Made by a program: the position numbers and the translations under genes. Positions 62,208-64,000 of a DNA stretch of 64,000 nucleotides are shown here, piece by piece (position 1 is the first letter of the stretch; each line of letters starts with the position of its first letter). The notes beneath the pieces are model-generated. The model saw nothing but the letters and a program-made list of their open reading frames with translations. It did not search any database and had not been told where the DNA came from. The DNA is from Chlorobiota bacterium (GTDB lineage Bacteria; Bacteroidota; Ignavibacteria; Kapaibacteriales; NICIL-2), in the NCBI GenBank assembly GCA_044224515.1, contig JBGAKH010000002.1, positions 162,151 to 226,150 of the forward strand, written 5' to 3'.

Positions 62208-62699
62208 ATGGACATGATTTCAGTATTGTTACACGATATGGATTTAGAAATCCAGACGACTCGCAAGATGTTGTCGCGTATTCCTAATGATAAGTACGAC
62301 TACAAACCACACGAACGAAGCATGGTCATGCAAAGTTTGGCAATACACATTGCCGAACTACCCACATGGGTTAGCATGGCTTTGGATACGGAAGGGCTCG
62401 ACTTCGCTGCCACTCCGTACAATCCCCCTCAGATACGCGACACCACAGAACTCTGTGCTCACGCTGAAGAGTGCTTTGCTAGTGGTCGCGCGCGTCTTGC
62501 CACTGCCGCGGAAGAGGAGTTGCTGAAAACGTGGACTTTGCGCCATGGAGAAGCAATTCTGTATCAGGCCTCTGTTTTGGATGTCATTCGTATGAGCTTC
62601 AACCAGATCGTTCACCATCGAGCTCAACTGGGAGTTTACCTGCGTCTGCTGAACGTGCCTATTCCGGGAAGCTATGGTCCTAGCGCCGATGAACAATAA
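62208..62699 (+). CDS. DinB/YfiT-like metal-dependent hydrolase superfamily protein (163 aa)
   Basis: Four-helix-bundle-like with conserved His spacing (…HIAELPTW…IVHHRAQLGVYLRL…), DinB-family pattern. Confidence 0.55.
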   Translation: MDMISVLLHDMDLEIQTTRKMLSRIPNDKYDYKPHERSMVMQSLAIHIAELPTWVSMALDTEGLDFAATPYNPPQIRDTTELCAHAEECFASGRARLATAAEEELLKTWTLRHGEAILYQASVLDVIRMSFNQIVHHRAQLGVYLRLLNVPIPGSYGPSADEQ

Positions 62700-62791
62700 G
62701 TGCTTCCACGCACCACGGCTATAGGTCTTTAATCGAGCTCATTGATTTGTTTTTTCCTATCCATTGTTTCACAGTAAAGAGGAGTCGTTCC

Positions 62792-63163
62792 ATGATGAAT
62801 TCTTTGAATTGGTTTGAAATCGCTTCGAGCGATTTTGCTCGCGCAGTTACCTTTTATTCCGCTGTATGGAATACAAGTTTGAAAGTTGAAGAGATGGGAG
62901 ATCTGCGTATGGCAGTGTTTCCTTCAGAAGGAGAAGGGAGCTGCGCAGGGGCAGTGGTGGGCAGCGCTTTCCACAAACCATCGGCTGAAGGTACTTTAGT
63001 GTACCTCAATGCAAACAGCGGTATGGATGCAATGTTGGAACGTATTAGCAATGCAGGCGGTTCGATCGTTATGCCCCGCACTCTCATCACACCGGAGATC
63101 GGCTATATGGCAGTTTTCCGCGACAGCGAAGGCAATCACGTTGCGTTGCACTCAAACCACTAA
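62792..63163 (+). CDS. VOC (glyoxalase/bleomycin-resistance/dioxygenase) family protein (start MMNSLNWFEI…)
   Basis: …WFEIASSDFARAVTFYSAVW… and …GYMAVFRDSEGNHVALHS… typical VOC-fold blocks. AAGAGGAG SD upstream. Confidence 0.75.
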   Translation: MMNSLNWFEIASSDFARAVTFYSAVWNTSLKVEEMGDLRMAVFPSEGEGSCAGAVVGSAFHKPSAEGTLVYLNANSGMDAMLERISNAGGSIVMPRTLITPEIGYMAVFRDSEGNHVALHSNH

Positions 63164-63360
63164 GCTGCAAGTGGACAATACGTCTCTTACGCTCAGCGTT
63201 AATGCGTTCGAGTGCTTAAAACAACTCACGCCTAGGTGCGCTCTTGGTGTCTGACCCGGAGTGCACCTAAGCGTGTACTATATCAAAAAATGAAGTACAC
63301 TCGGAAAACCAGCTGCGCAGTCACCGAAGCGTAAAGGTTGTGGTAGGTTCCAGGCGCTAA

Positions 63361-63408
63361 GGTGTTAGGTGTTACATGTTAGGTGCTCAATGCTAGATGT
63401 TAGTCGCT
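63361..63408. repeat. six tandem degenerate heptamers (RTGYTMR: GTGTTAG GTGTTAC ATGTTAG GTGCTCA ATGCTAG ATGTTAG) followed by TTGACA
   Basis: Seen directly in intergenic region between convergent genes. Confidence 0.6.
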
Positions 63409-63551
63409 GTTGACAAACAGATACGGTGCAATACGGAAATCGAAGCGCAGTACATTAATCGTTCCACTGCCTTTTTTGCGTGTACGAAGTGTCGGTAAAC
63501 ACTGCGTCAATCTATGCGTACGCCGAATGCAGTGCACTCTAAAGTAGCAAC

Positions 63552-63920
63552 TCAGTTTCTGCTGCTTGTCCAGCGCAGTGCTGCTTCTTCAATATTGGCG
63601 ACAAACAAGACGCGGCCCGCGCGATTACTCTCGTTCATGAAGAAACGAAGACTGTTGGACCTAACATCGGAATAGTCTCCAAGGATCGCCAAAGCCAAGC
63701 GGTAGTTCGATACTTTCTGCAAGATGTCGCCCGCCAAACCCGACTGCAGATGGAAAAACTCCGGATCCAAATTTGTGGCGTAAAGCACATAGTACTCTAT
63801 ACCTTCTTCGCCGACGTCCATCAGCATTTGAAGCACTTCTTGAGCAGAGTTCAGACATTGATTGGTGTGCGACATCAATGCCATTCGTACACCGCTGTGT
63901 TCTATGATGGTCATGGACAT
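63552..63920 (-). CDS. hypothetical protein, DUF4180-like (122 aa)
   Basis: ORF with plausible start; weak recollection of DUF4180 pattern. Confidence 0.35.
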   Translation of the reverse strand: MSMTIIEHSGVRMALMSHTNQCLNSAQEVLQMLMDVGEEGIEYYVLYATNLDPEFFHLQSGLAGDILQKVSNYRLALAILGDYSDVRSNSLRFFMNESNRAGRVLFVANIEEAALRWTSSRN

Positions 63921-64000
63921 AATCGTCTCTCAGATCTGTTGCAAAAAGATTCTATCGAAACATCTGCGCTATTAGAGTGTACTGAGCGGGAACCTGACAT

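Noticed and set aside
1-64000. CRISPR arrays, transposases, integrases, phage genes, reverse transcriptases
   Set aside because: None recognised; only short tandem repeats (15581..15618, 63361..63408) without repeat-spacer regularity.

Overview
This 64-kb window reads as bacterial chromosome of roughly 50% GC, with about 50 genes on both strands. At least five proteins end in Bacteroidota-type T9SS (type IX secretion) C-terminal sorting domains and most genes lack a Shine-Dalgarno sequence, so I infer an FCB-group (Bacteroidota/Ignavibacteriota/Chlorobiota-like) organism. The phylum cannot be fixed without searches. Housekeeping genes I recognise from conserved motifs are ogt, a phosphohexomutase, a DEAD-box helicase, panB, nuoA-nuoB, a cold-shock protein, gatC, rpoN, pstC-pstA-pstB-phoU, rarA, mntH and one tRNA-His. 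They are interleaved with a large accessory cell-surface repertoire. That repertoire includes two giant secreted proteins (2026 and 2438 aa) with T9SS C-terminal domains, a four-NPCBM/GH27 glycosidase (1240 aa), a BNR-repeat protein, a TonB-dependent receptor, an M61/PDZ peptidase, a vWA-OmpA fusion protein, a large OmpA-family protein translationally coupled to the 2438-aa giant, and two lipoproteins with Planctomycete-cytochrome-like Cx(2-4)CH modules. Regulatory content includes a sensor kinase / hybrid REC-kinase / DUF3109 / rpoN / DHFR-like co-directional string, an HTH-WYL regulator next to DinB-family and VOC genes, and a MntH-UspA fusion. I found no CRISPR array, transposase, integrase or phage genes. 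I judge the most plausible undescribed 'system' to be the recurring vWA + OmpA envelope theme, present once fused and once split as the vWA/repeat-rich giant T9SS cargo plus its coupled OmpA partner. The PSCyt-like CxxCH lipoprotein pair is the second candidate. All calls rest on motif recognition by eye, with no database search run. Coordinates of internal starts are my own codon checks.
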